From Nitrospirota bacterium (GTDB taxonomy: Bacteria > Nitrospirota > Thermodesulfovibrionia > Thermodesulfovibrionales > Dissulfurispiraceae): a DNA stretch of 31,652 bases. How positions within the stretch are numbered: position 1 is the first letter of the stretch; every line of letters begins with the position of its first letter. Below the pieces are notes generated by a model. The model saw only the letters and a list, made by a program, of their open reading frames with translations, did not search any database and was not told the DNA's origin. Positions 1 through 10,609 of this stretch are shown piece after piece. The stretch lies in assembly GCA_013349595.1 (NCBI GenBank), contig DUZI01000001.1:1-31652 (forward strand), read 5' to 3'. Position numbers and translations under genes: made by a program.

Positions 1-186
1 AGGGCTGTTTCAGGCTTTTTATAATCGACAGATTTTATTTAATTTTGCTTTATTCATTATAATGCAATGCCTTATGACAAAACCCTAGAAACTTTTTTTT
101 ATATGGTGTCGTATAAAAATTCCACACCAGCCCTTCCTATCTTACTTGCTGAATTTATTAAGCTTTTTAGTTCTATCGCCGATTTT
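1..186 (+). repeat. Family A ~200-bp structured intergenic repeat (MITE/REPIN-like), copy 1, cut by the window edge
   Basis: Near-identical to copies at 842-1040, 7014-7213 and 19361-19563; begins AGGGCTGTTTCAGG, has internal CAGCCCTTCCTATC (128-141) and ends GTTCTATCGCCGATTTT. Confidence 0.9.
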
Positions 187-318
187 GCCTTAGAGATACT
201 TTTTAAATAAAATTATTGTATTATAATAACTACGATAAAATAAATGTTTTTTTAATCCATATGTTGGGCGAAAATTCGACTTATTATTTAAAATTACATT
301 TATAAAAAATCTCATATA

Positions 319-855
319 ATGGAAGACCTATCTTTACACATACTTGATATAGTAGAAAACTCCCTCAATGCAGGTGCCTCAAATGTGTCAATAAAAATAG
401 TTGAAGACGATGAAAACTTTATCGTTACTATAGTTGACAATGGCAAGGGCATGGACGAGGAGACCCTAAAAAATATCTTTGACCCTTTTTTTACAACAAA
501 AAATGCAAGAAATTTTGGATTTGGTATACCCTTATTTGCTCAAACTGCAGAACAATGCGGCGGAAGACTTGATATAAAATCTAAGGTTGGCTTTGGCACT
601 GAGGTATCTGTTTATTTAAAGAAAAATCATATAGACATGCTTCCAATTGGTGATTTGGGATTGACTATCATAACCCTCATAATATCTAACCCAGAGGTAA
701 ACTATCAACTTATATACAAAAATGGCAATTACATCTATGAATTAGACACCGCAGAATTAAAGTCAGGTATAGACTCTATTACAGAGGCACAAACCCTTCA
801 TTTTATAAGAAATCATATAAATGATGGGATTAAATCAACACAAAATCAGCGATAG
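319..855 (+). CDS. Stand-alone histidine-kinase-like ATPase (HATPase_c); resembles the family found in [FeFe]-hydrogenase operons
   Basis: N-box LDIVENS, G1 DNGKGM, F-box DPFFTT, G2 GFGIP; no HisKA or sensor domain; N-terminus MEDLSLHILDI is typical of the family. Confidence 0.8.
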   Translation: MEDLSLHILDIVENSLNAGASNVSIKIVEDDENFIVTIVDNGKGMDEETLKNIFDPFFTTKNARNFGFGIPLFAQTAEQCGGRLDIKSKVGFGTEVSVYLKKNHIDMLPIGDLGLTIITLIISNPEVNYQLIYKNGNYIYELDTAELKSGIDSITEAQTLHFIRNHINDGIKSTQNQR

Positions 856-1040
856 AACTAAAAGCTTAATAAATTCAGCAAGTAAGATAGGAAGGACTGG
901 TGAAGGATTTTTATACAACACCTTATAAAAAAAAGTTCCAGGGCTTTGTCATAAGGCATTGCATTATAATGAATAATGCAAAATTAAATAAAATCTGTCG
1001 ATTATAAAAAGCCTGAAACAGCCCTTCCTATCGCTATTTT
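842..1040 (-). repeat. Family A repeat, copy 2 (inverted relative to copy 1)
   Basis: Reverse complement of copy 1; ends AAAATCAGCGATAG ... CTATCGCTATTTT. Confidence 0.92.
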
Positions 1041-1074
1041 AAGCTATTATTTTAAGGTATCATGAGAAGATTAA

Positions 1075-1248
1075 ATGACAAAGATTGATTGTTTTAAATG
1101 TATATATTTTTTTATAACCTACGATGCAAACTTTCCTTATGGTTGCAAACTAATGGGTTTTAAGTCGAAAAAACTGCCATGCAAAGAGGTCTTTACTACA
1201 TCTGGTGAGGAATGCAAGGGTTTTCAAGAAAAGACAGTGAACCCTTAA
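1075..1248 (+). CDS. Small Cys-rich conserved protein (57 aa), absent from the ORF track
   Basis: Manual translation MTKIDCFKCIYFFITYDANFPYGCKLMGFKSKKLPCKEVFTTSGEECKGFQEKTVNP; the CxxC...FPYGC...GFKS...SG.EC pattern matches a small family I recall being annotated as uracil-DNA glycosylase. Confidence 0.75.
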   Translation: MTKIDCFKCIYFFITYDANFPYGCKLMGFKSKKLPCKEVFTTSGEECKGFQEKTVNP

Positions 1249-1283
1249 AGAGTTATTAATGAAAAAATTAAGGTATAAATATA

Positions 1284-2225
1284 ATGATTACTGATTTTGC
1301 TTATTTGTTACTTGGTTTTATTTTGGCTTGTATTGGTGGGGAATTCTTTGTTCGTGGCTCTGTGGGGATTGCCCATTGGGCAAGGATTTCGCCAGGTATA
1401 ATTGGAGCCACTGTGGCTGCCTTTGGCACATCAAGTCCAGAGCTTTCTGTAGCTATAAATTCAGGCCTTACTAACCAATCAGATATAGCACTCGGTGATG
1501 CACTTGGTAGTAATTTATTAAATGTTGCCCTGATACTTGGCATTACGCTCTGTATATCTGGAATCCAATCAAATCGTGAAAGTATAAAGAGAGATTTCCC
1601 TTCTGCATTGTTAATCCCAATAATTACTGCTTTTTTTGCCTATGATGGAGTCTTATCAAGGATAGAGGCAGTGTTAATACTCCTTTACTTCGTAATATGG
1701 TTAACCTTGACTGTTATTGAGGCAAAAAAACAAAGAGATTTGACAGATAAAATCATTGGTGAACACAACATTATCAAGGTATTGATGATTACCCTTTCAG
1801 GATTGGCCATCTTGTTTGTATCTGGTAAATTCATAGTAACTGGTGCAGGTGCAATAGCCATTTCCTTAGGTATTGACAAATTCATAGTTGGGGCTATAAT
1901 TGTTGCAATCGGTACATCAACACCTGAACTTGCCACCACTGTAATTGCCAAATTAAAGGGACATGATGAGGTAGGACTTGGAACAATCCTTGGCAGTAAC
2001 ATTTTCAATGGTGGCTTTATTGTATCTGTCTCAGCGCTTATCTCTCCTATAGTATTTAATTGGAATGAGGTATTAATAACCCTGATTTTTGGGGTTGTTA
2101 CAATCCTTATTACTTATCCATATAAAGATGGATTTATAAGCAGGAAAAAGGGATTTTTATTACTCGCCATTTATGTGGTCTATATCTTTTTATTGTGGCA
2201 AAATAAGGGAACTTTAAAAATCTGA
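1284..2225 (+). CDS. Calcium/sodium antiporter (CaCA, YrbG-like)
   Basis: Two alpha-repeats, GTSSPEL...GSN and GTSTPEL...GSN; about 10 hydrophobic segments. Confidence 0.93.
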   Translation: MITDFAYLLLGFILACIGGEFFVRGSVGIAHWARISPGIIGATVAAFGTSSPELSVAINSGLTNQSDIALGDALGSNLLNVALILGITLCISGIQSNRESIKRDFPSALLIPIITAFFAYDGVLSRIEAVLILLYFVIWLTLTVIEAKKQRDLTDKIIGEHNIIKVLMITLSGLAILFVSGKFIVTGAGAIAISLGIDKFIVGAIIVAIGTSTPELATTVIAKLKGHDEVGLGTILGSNIFNGGFIVSVSALISPIVFNWNEVLITLIFGVVTILITYPYKDGFISRKKGFLLLAIYVVYIFLLWQNKGTLKI

Positions 2226-2236
2226 AACACCTTAAG

Positions 2237-2749
2237 TCATACCGATTCATTAATAATCAGACTTTTGTCATCAATAAAGGCCTTTGCCTCTAAGATAACT
2301 ATATTCCCCTTTGAAATACCTCTCACATATCCCTCTGGATAGGAACTTAGAGTTGGGATGTTTGTATCAATAGAATCTTCCTTTATTTTTTGGACTAATC
2401 CTATTTTATCAACTATAATAGAAGTTACAAACTCATCGCAAGAGATTATTATTAATTTACTTTTTTCATCATTATCTCTACAAGATATGCCAAAGATTAC
2501 TCTTAAATCAATAATAGGCAATATAAGCCCCCTATAATTAACTACACCAAAAAGAAAAGCTGGAGAAGATGGAACCTTAATGACATCATAAGTGACAAAA
2601 ACCTCCTTTATAAATTTTGTCTCAAAGGCATATCTTTCACCACAAAGGACAAAATCAAGCACCTCTATCTCCTTTCTACTGTCATCCTTTATTGTCCTTT
2701 CCCTGCTAATTAATTGTGCCCTCTTTCTTAATATGTCCTCTTTTTTCAT
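2237..2749 (-). CDS. cheW: CheW adaptor, with an N-terminal extension typical of ACF/Wsp-like systems
   Basis: ERYAFE, VPSSPAFLFGVVNYRGLILPIIDL; N-terminal ILRKRAQL helix. Confidence 0.9.
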   Translation of the reverse strand: MKKEDILRKRAQLISRERTIKDDSRKEIEVLDFVLCGERYAFETKFIKEVFVTYDVIKVPSSPAFLFGVVNYRGLILPIIDLRVIFGISCRDNDEKSKLIIISCDEFVTSIIVDKIGLVQKIKEDSIDTNIPTLSSYPEGYVRGISKGNIVILEAKAFIDDKSLIINESV

Positions 2750-4203
2750 TTAATCTTTATCTCCTTTATATGTGAATGAGATAATTCAAGTATCCTTCCT
2801 ACATTCATCTCTAAGTCTTCAATAACCTGTTCTTTGTCTGTCATGGCAAGAGAGTCAATAACATTTTGAAACTCCTTTAAAGCCTCTTCTTTTTTATGAG
2901 ACCTCAATAATAAATTAGCAAGTCTAAATCTTACAGAGACTAAATCATTTTTGATATATAAAACATTTCTCCAGGTCTCTAAAGCGCCCAGCAAATTACC
3001 ACTTTCTTCTAAGATAACAGCCTTTAAAAAGTAGGCTTTTAAATCAAGTTTGTTAATATTAATTGCCTTATTTAAAATTGCAAGGGCTTCATCTAAAAGC
3101 CCTGAGTTTGCCTTATCCTGTGCCTTTTTTAAGAGATTACTTAATAAACCATCCTTTTCTCCATTAGAAGACTCAACGGGAATGTTTTTTGTGTGGGTAC
3201 CCTTTGATTTTTTTGATACTCTCTCATATCTCTTTACTTCTTTAGTAATATCAACAGACTGATTAAGTTTATAAGATTTTAAATCAAACTGATCCAATAA
3301 ATTATCAATTTTATCTGAAGTAGTTGAATTAACTGATTTTGTATCTACTTTTAATAACTTGGGCTGTTTTTTAAAGACCACATAGCCATCAAAACTTATT
3401 GGATTTAGATATGAATTGCTATATGCCTGCATATCTACTGGTGATGTTATAAGCCATCCATTGACAAATAGTAGATTAGTGAGAAAATCCAACACCTTTG
3501 TCCTAAGTGCTTCGTTAAAATACATTATGACATTTCTACAAAAAATCACATCATAGAGGCATAATTTTTTTGACTGCCTATCACTTTCTGATGCAAGGTT
3601 AAATTGATAAAACTCAACAAACCTCTTTAATTTTGGAGAAATTTCATAGAGACCTTTCTTTATTTCTACAAAATGTTCCTTCTTTAACCACTCTGGTGCC
3701 CCCCTAAAAGACCATTCTTTATAAATGCCTGATTTGGCTTTATCAAGGGAAGCCGAATTAATATCGAAAGCCATGATTTTTATATCCCAACCTTTAAGGA
3801 TAGAGCTTAACTTGTCAATAATTATTGCAATAGAATATGGTTCCTCACCTGTAGAACAACCAGCACTTAGAATATTTATTTCTTTATGGGATAAATTTTT
3901 TTTGTCTCTGACTATCTCTGGAATTATATTATCTTGAAGTATCTGAAAGGATTTCATATCCCTCATGAAAAAGGTCTCTCCTACTGTTAGATATTGAGCT
4001 AATGTTGTCAAATCGTTTCTGTCAAGAGATCTTTCAGAGAGTAGAAGAAGAAGTCTGTCATAGTCCTTTATACCCTTTTCTTTCATGAAGGCCTTTAGTC
4101 TCTGCTCAAATTCTTTTATACGATTTTCTTGATAATAAAGACCTAATTGTTCATTAACTAAAGAGCTAAGCTTTAAAAGGACTTCTGTATTCACAATCGT
4201 CAA
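2746..4203 (-). CDS. cheR: CheR methyltransferase with C-terminal TPR region (WspC/FrzF-like)
   Basis: TVGETFFMRD, SAGCSTGEEPYS, DVIFCRNVIMYF; C-terminal TPR-like helices (AYFLKAVILEESG). Confidence 0.9.
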   Translation of the reverse strand: MTIVNTEVLLKLSSLVNEQLGLYYQENRIKEFEQRLKAFMKEKGIKDYDRLLLLLSERSLDRNDLTTLAQYLTVGETFFMRDMKSFQILQDNIIPEIVRDKKNLSHKEINILSAGCSTGEEPYSIAIIIDKLSSILKGWDIKIMAFDINSASLDKAKSGIYKEWSFRGAPEWLKKEHFVEIKKGLYEISPKLKRFVEFYQFNLASESDRQSKKLCLYDVIFCRNVIMYFNEALRTKVLDFLTNLLFVNGWLITSPVDMQAYSNSYLNPISFDGYVVFKKQPKLLKVDTKSVNSTTSDKIDNLLDQFDLKSYKLNQSVDITKEVKRYERVSKKSKGTHTKNIPVESSNGEKDGLLSNLLKKAQDKANSGLLDEALAILNKAININKLDLKAYFLKAVILEESGNLLGALETWRNVLYIKNDLVSVRFRLANLLLRSHKKEEALKEFQNVIDSLAMTDKEQVIEDLEMNVGRILELSHSHIKEIKIK

Positions 4204-4216
4204 TTTAGGACTTCAA

Positions 4217-6901
4217 CTACTGTCTTGACATCTCTCTTAGTATGTCTTCTAATCGCTTAAGTTCTTCACCATACTTTGCCCAATTACCCTGTCTCTGCAT
4301 CTCAATAGCCCTTTCAAAGCTCTTTAATGCCTCCCTTGAGAGATTAGTCCCTGCAGGGATCTTATCAGGTGCCTTTTTGTCATCAACCTTCACTGATTTT
4401 TTTGAACCAAAAAGTCTTTGAAGGGCACTTTCAAGGTTTTCTTCCATAACCACTTCATTTTCATATGAAACAATGACCCTTCTTAGTTCAGGCAAACCAA
4501 CTTTATCAGATGCAGAAAGATAAAGGGGTTGCACGTAAAGTAGTGATTTTTCAATAGGAATTACAAGGAGACTACCCCTTATAACTTGAGAACCCCTTTG
4601 CCCCCAGAGGGTGAGTTGTTGAGAAATGTAAGAGTCCTGATTTATCCTTGCATCAACCTGTTTGGGTCCATAGATAAGTCTGTCTCTTGGGAAGGTATAT
4701 ACTATAATCTTTCCATAATTTTCACCATCACACCTTGCAGCAAGCCATGCGGCTAAGTTATCCCTCTTTGCAGGGACATAAGGAAGCAACAAAATATATT
4801 CTTCTTTTTTGCCACCCGGCAATTTCATAATCGTGTAGTAAGGCTCCATAGGCTTATCTGCAAAGGTTGGTATCTCCCAGAGGTTTTCCTTGTTATAAAA
4901 AACCTTTGGGTCAGTCATGTGATAGGCTGAGAGCATCTGTGCCTGCACCTGTAACATCATCTGTGGGTATCTGATATGGCTTCTAAGATCATCAGGCATG
5001 TCTTTTAGTGATTTAAAGAGTTGAGGGAATATCTTTGAATAAACCCTTATAAGAGAATCACTATTGTCACTTATGTAAAATTTGACAGAGCCATTATAGG
5101 CATCAACAGTTGTCTTTACAGAGTTTCTGATATAGTTTATGTTTCTATTTATCAGCTTTGAATAGGGGAATCTGTCTGTAACTGTATAGGCATCAATAAT
5201 CCAGACAAGGTGTCCTTCCTTTGTAACAACGAGATAGGGGTCCTTATCAAAGATTAAAAAGGGTGCTAATTTTTTCACCCTTTGCGATATATTTCTGTTA
5301 TAGAGAATCCTACTCTCACTGGTAATATCTGTTGAAAGTAATATCTTCTCTGTGGCAAATCTTATAGAAAATAATACCCTTCTTAATATTGAATCAATGG
5401 GCACTCCACCTATCCCCTTGTAAGAGGTATAGACATTGTCAGTAGAAGTAGGATAACTAAACTCTGGCACCTTTGTTTTGACAATCACATAATCGTTTGA
5501 CATCTCACCATAATAAATCTCTGGCCTCGTCACCTTTATATCTGCTGTGCTTACAGGGGGTATGTCTTTGATGATAAATTCAGGTAATCCTTCTTTGCTG
5601 ATCCTGCTAACCGGTCCCATAGTAATGCCATTTCCATGAGTAAAAATAAGCCTTTCGTTAATCCATGACTTGCTTGGCAAGTCGTTATAAGACAACTCGC
5701 GTGGTGAAAGCATAACCTGAATATATTCACCATTGATGGTATATCTATCATTGTCAACATCGGCAAATCTGTAATAAGTCCTTATCTGCTGAAGCTGGCT
5801 ATAGGTTCTTAAAAGTGGCGAATGATCCCAGAGGCGAATGTTCTTAATAGTTGCCTCGTTTTTCTCAATGTCTCTTGCTGTAAGATTATAGTCCACATCA
5901 AAGGGAATAACCTCTATTCTGTCAAGGTCAAAACCCTTTCGGGTAAAGTTTATGCTGTGTTGAATATATGGCATCTCAAGGGCAAGTTCATTTGGAGAGA
6001 CCTTTAACTTTTGAAGCAACATGGGATAGGCTATCAATCCAGCAATATATATTACTGCGGTAACAAGAATTGGCATCATTGCAATCTTAAAAGCCCCTCT
6101 CAAAGCTGCCACAATAAATATGACCGCTGATATAGGTGTCATAAAAGCAAGTGCCCGAAGGGCTATAAGCCTTGCATTAATATCAGTATATCCTGCCCCA
6201 GAGACAACCGTTGATGTTGAATAAAGGAGTTTAAAGGAATTAATGTAAAAACCAAGACCTAATACGCAGATAAACATACCTGCAAGTATTAGGACATGGG
6301 TCTTGACTCTCTTATTTATCAAAAAGAATGTCCCTGTAAAAACTATACCACCCCTTAGAAGATAATTAATTGCAATGATTGCAAGGGTTGATAAAAATGT
6401 AAAACTAAGAAAACCCCTCAAGGAATCCATAAAGGATAATTCAAATAAATAAAAGCCAAGGTCTTTTTGAAATATTGGATCTAATGTCTTCATTTCAACA
6501 GTATTAATGAAAAGGAGCAACTCTTCCCATCTCAATGCACCCCATTGGCCTGTTAGTAATGTGATAATAATGATAACAATATAAGAAAGTGGCATAATTA
6601 ACTTCTCAAGGCCTTCAATTTTAATAGGCAACACCATCCCATCAATACTCAAAGAAGCCCTTTCAGGAAACTGTATAGTCCTTGCAATGAATAGATTAAA
6701 GAGGGCAAAAACGAGGAAAACAATACCAAAGATAAAACCAGACAAGGCTTTATATGAAAGAGTTTTTATAAATACATCCACATACCCTGTCTCTATAAAA
6801 AACAACCAGTCAGAATAAAAACCTGTGACTATTACAGCAATAATACTAAAGATGAATAATGCGACAAAAGTCATAGGTGAAAAAATTTTGTACTTCCTCA
6901 T
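4217..6901 (-). CDS. UPF0182 family membrane protein
   Basis: DWLFF..GY, DPIFQKDLGFYLF, NIRLWDH, RPEIYYGE, NYIRNSVK motifs; N-terminal TM segments. Confidence 0.92.
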   Translation of the reverse strand: MRKYKIFSPMTFVALFIFSIIAVIVTGFYSDWLFFIETGYVDVFIKTLSYKALSGFIFGIVFLVFALFNLFIARTIQFPERASLSIDGMVLPIKIEGLEKLIMPLSYIVIIIITLLTGQWGALRWEELLLFINTVEMKTLDPIFQKDLGFYLFELSFMDSLRGFLSFTFLSTLAIIAINYLLRGGIVFTGTFFLINKRVKTHVLILAGMFICVLGLGFYINSFKLLYSTSTVVSGAGYTDINARLIALRALAFMTPISAVIFIVAALRGAFKIAMMPILVTAVIYIAGLIAYPMLLQKLKVSPNELALEMPYIQHSINFTRKGFDLDRIEVIPFDVDYNLTARDIEKNEATIKNIRLWDHSPLLRTYSQLQQIRTYYRFADVDNDRYTINGEYIQVMLSPRELSYNDLPSKSWINERLIFTHGNGITMGPVSRISKEGLPEFIIKDIPPVSTADIKVTRPEIYYGEMSNDYVIVKTKVPEFSYPTSTDNVYTSYKGIGGVPIDSILRRVLFSIRFATEKILLSTDITSESRILYNRNISQRVKKLAPFLIFDKDPYLVVTKEGHLVWIIDAYTVTDRFPYSKLINRNINYIRNSVKTTVDAYNGSVKFYISDNSDSLIRVYSKIFPQLFKSLKDMPDDLRSHIRYPQMMLQVQAQMLSAYHMTDPKVFYNKENLWEIPTFADKPMEPYYTIMKLPGGKKEEYILLLPYVPAKRDNLAAWLAARCDGENYGKIIVYTFPRDRLIYGPKQVDARINQDSYISQQLTLWGQRGSQVIRGSLLVIPIEKSLLYVQPLYLSASDKVGLPELRRVIVSYENEVVMEENLESALQRLFGSKKSVKVDDKKAPDKIPAGTNLSREALKSFERAIEMQRQGNWAKYGEELKRLEDILREMSRQ

Positions 6902-7013
6902 TTATAACCTCCCGTTATAGCGAATAATATGGCAATAAACTACCACAGTGAACACAACCATTATATTTATTTAAGAACAAAAAACTGTCTTCATTGTTCT
7001 AAAAATTTACCCC

Positions 7014-7213
7014 AAAATAGGCGATAGAACTAAAAAGCTTAATAAAATCAGCAAGTAAGATAGGAAGGGCTGTGAAGGATTTTTATACGATACCTTATAA
7101 AAAAGTTCCTCGGGCTTTGTCATAAGGCATTTCATTATAATGAATAAAAAGCAAAATTAAATAAAGTTTGTCGATTATAAAAAGCCTGAAACAACCCTTC
7201 CTATCGCCATTTT
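7014..7213 (-). repeat. Family A repeat, copy 3
   Basis: Same sequence and orientation as copy 2; ends GCGATAGAACTAAAAAGCTT ... CCCTTCCTATCGCCATTTT. Confidence 0.92.
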
Positions 7214-7252
7214 AAAGTTATTACTTTCCCTCTGATACCCCTTTTATTATAT

Positions 7253-8320
<1,068 letters not shown>

Positions 8321-9223
8321 TTATAACTTCCTATATACTGAGTTTGAGACCCTTGTATATGGCAAATTCATACCACTCATCGTCTCTGAATGACCAATGA
8401 ACAAAAAACCACCTTCTTTTAGACAATTATAAAATCTCATAAAAAGTCTCTCTTGAGTTTCTTTGTCAAAATATATAACGACATTCCTACAAAATATAAT
8501 ATCAAGGGGTTCACGAAAACAAAAGTCTGTATCCATAAAATTTAAAACCCTAAATCTTATCTTTGACCTTAATTCAGGCACAAATCTGACAAGTCCTCTC
8601 GACCTATCCTTGCTCTTTAGTAGATATTTTTTTCTCAAATCTATGGGTATTCCACCAATCTTATCATCCTCATATATACCTCTTTTGCCTATTTCAAGAA
8701 CCCTTTGAGATATATCTGAGGCAATAATAAGGAAATCAAAGCCCTTTCCCTGACACCTTTCTTTGAACTCATTTAAAACCATAGCAATCGTATAAGGCTC
8801 TTCGCCAGTAGAACACCCCGCACTCCATATGACAAAAGGCTCTTTAATACCGCTATGGTAATTTATTACCAAATCTGGCAACGCTGATCTTATTAAAAAG
8901 TCAAATTGTTCAGCCTCCCTAAAGAATTCAGTCTTGTGTGTCGTAACAAGATCAATCATGTGTATGAGTTCATCTTTCATCCCTTCAGGACTGAAAACAT
9001 AATCACAATAATCTGAAAACGAATTTAAATGAAGCGCCCTTACTCGCTTTTGTAACCTTGACTCCAGGAGCGTCTTCTTAGCAGGAGGCATCTTGACACC
9101 AAGATTTGACTCTATAAAATCGCTTAATCTTTTAAAGTCTTTTTCTGTAAGAGTATAACCTGTATAGAAAGATTTTGGAATATTATCATCAATATCAAGT
9201 TCTAATCCCTTTTTGACAGCCAT
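8321..9223 (-). CDS. cheR: CheR methyltransferase
   Basis: TTHKTEFFRE, WSAGCSTGEEPYT, DIIFCRNVVIYF. Confidence 0.96.
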   Translation of the reverse strand: MAVKKGLELDIDDNIPKSFYTGYTLTEKDFKRLSDFIESNLGVKMPPAKKTLLESRLQKRVRALHLNSFSDYCDYVFSPEGMKDELIHMIDLVTTHKTEFFREAEQFDFLIRSALPDLVINYHSGIKEPFVIWSAGCSTGEEPYTIAMVLNEFKERCQGKGFDFLIIASDISQRVLEIGKRGIYEDDKIGGIPIDLRKKYLLKSKDRSRGLVRFVPELRSKIRFRVLNFMDTDFCFREPLDIIFCRNVVIYFDKETQERLFMRFYNCLKEGGFLFIGHSETMSGMNLPYTRVSNSVYRKL

Positions 9224-9816
9224 TATCTATTATTTATACCTTTCCAAATTAGAGGAATTGACAAGGCAAACAAGGTAATCTTAATCAAATCCCCCACCAC
9301 AAAGGGATAAAATCCCAACTGCAAAAGGGATTCCCTACCCACATAAATAGATAAAACCGATAATCCAAAAATATAAATGACCAAATTGCCAGCTAATATT
9401 GACATAACTGCCTTTAATGGATTTCTATCCCAACCCCTTTGGGCAAAATAACCCACAATATAGGCTGCAGGTACAAATCCAATTATATATCCACCTGTTG
9501 GACCTAATAAATGATGGAACCCTCCCTTAAATCCAGCAAATACAGGGAGCCCCATTACGGCTTCGATTATATAAAAAATCGCACTTAAGGCGCCTCTTTT
9601 GGCACCAAGCATAGTGCCTACAACCAACACCCCTAAGGTTTGTCCTGTAATAGGAACTGGAGTAAATGGTAAAGGTATGGCGATTTGCGCCGAAAGGGCA
9701 ATCAACATACTACCTAAAAAAGCAATGATAATGTGATTATATGATTCCCTTCCTTTGATAATAAAATCAACTAAAACTGGTCTTAAGACAACGGTGTTCA
9801 TTTTGTTCCTCCTCAT
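9223..9816 (-). CDS. bioY: BioY biotin transporter (ECF S-component); start may be the second Met
   Basis: PVPITGQT, GLPVFAG..GG, GPTGGYIIGF, PFVVGDLIK. Confidence 0.93.
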   Translation of the reverse strand: MRRNKMNTVVLRPVLVDFIIKGRESYNHIIIAFLGSMLIALSAQIAIPLPFTPVPITGQTLGVLVVGTMLGAKRGALSAIFYIIEAVMGLPVFAGFKGGFHHLLGPTGGYIIGFVPAAYIVGYFAQRGWDRNPLKAVMSILAGNLVIYIFGLSVLSIYVGRESLLQLGFYPFVVGDLIKITLFALSIPLIWKGINNR

Positions 9817-9854
9817 TTTTTATTTAAAAAGACTGTAATTGTGCAAAATCCTAT

Positions 9855-9878
9855 AGGTCTCTCTCTAAAAGGAGACCT
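9855..9878. terminator. Possible intrinsic terminator hairpin between cheW and bioY
   Basis: AGGTCTC ... GAGACCT stem; the T-tract follows on the + strand, so it is weak for minus-strand transcription. Confidence 0.3.
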
Positions 9879-9899
9879 TTTATTTAAAAATAATCGTGT

Positions 9900-10394
9900 C
9901 TATTGAGCCTCTGTGCTTTGTTTTATTACTGCCATATCCTCTTCTGCAAAAACCTTATCAATATCAAGTATAATGATAAATTGGTTATCTCCCTTTTTGC
10001 CCATTGCCTTTATAAATTCTGTATTTAGCCTTGTTCCTATTCTCGGTGCAGGCTCAAGATGGTCTGGCTCTATGTCAAGAACCTCTTGCACTGAATCAGC
10101 CAAAGCCCCTATAACTGTTGTCTCTCCTTCAAATAACACCTCTACTATAATTATGCAAGTATTCACAGTTCTTTCGGTCTTTGACATTCCAAACTTAAGT
10201 TTAATATCAACCACAGGCACCACACTACCCCTTAAGTTTATAACACCCCTCATAAACTCTGGTGTCTTCGGCACCTTTGTGATATTTGTATAATCTAATA
10301 CTTCTCTTATCTTGTTTATATCTACTGCAAAAATCTCATCTTCTAACTTAAATGTTAAGTATTGCGTTGTCTCCGTTATCCCTGCTACTGCCAT
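9900..10394 (-). CDS. cheW: CheW adaptor
   Basis: QYLTFKL, ITKVPKTPEFMRGVINLRGSVVPVVD. Confidence 0.96.
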   Translation of the reverse strand: MAVAGITETTQYLTFKLEDEIFAVDINKIREVLDYTNITKVPKTPEFMRGVINLRGSVVPVVDIKLKFGMSKTERTVNTCIIIVEVLFEGETTVIGALADSVQEVLDIEPDHLEPAPRIGTRLNTEFIKAMGKKGDNQFIIILDIDKVFAEEDMAVIKQSTEAQ

Positions 10395-10464
10395 AGTAAC
10401 CTCCTTTATAAGCCAGGATTATTTTATTAAAACTATCTTCAAAATCACCTTCTTTTAAAATGCT

Positions 10465-10497
10465 AAAATGAGGGGAGTTTGAACATATCTCCCCTCA
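10465..10497 (-). terminator. Likely intrinsic terminator between MCP and cheW
   Basis: 9-bp stem TGAGGGGAG (10469-10477) / CTCCCCTCA (10489-10497), followed by TTTT on the minus strand. Confidence 0.5.
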
Positions 10498-10609
10498 AAG
10501 GTGCTTTATCTAAAAATGTATCAAGTCAAAATTTCATAAAACCTTTGAAATTACCTATAAAAATAATTTTTAATCCCAACAAAATGTCTGATAGAAAGGC
10601 GCTAAGCTT

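Noticed and set aside
842-1040. Repeats as integron attC sites
   Set aside because: No RYYYAAC...GTTRRRY cores, mixed orientation, flanked blocks are multi-gene operons, and no integrase is visible
1301-2008. Antisense ORFs 1301-1543 and 1685-2008
   Set aside because: Shadows of the well-supported antiporter, with no recognisable motifs
9817-9899. Biotin operator or riboswitch upstream of bioY
   Set aside because: Only a simple hairpin is seen; I could not recognise a BirA-type palindrome
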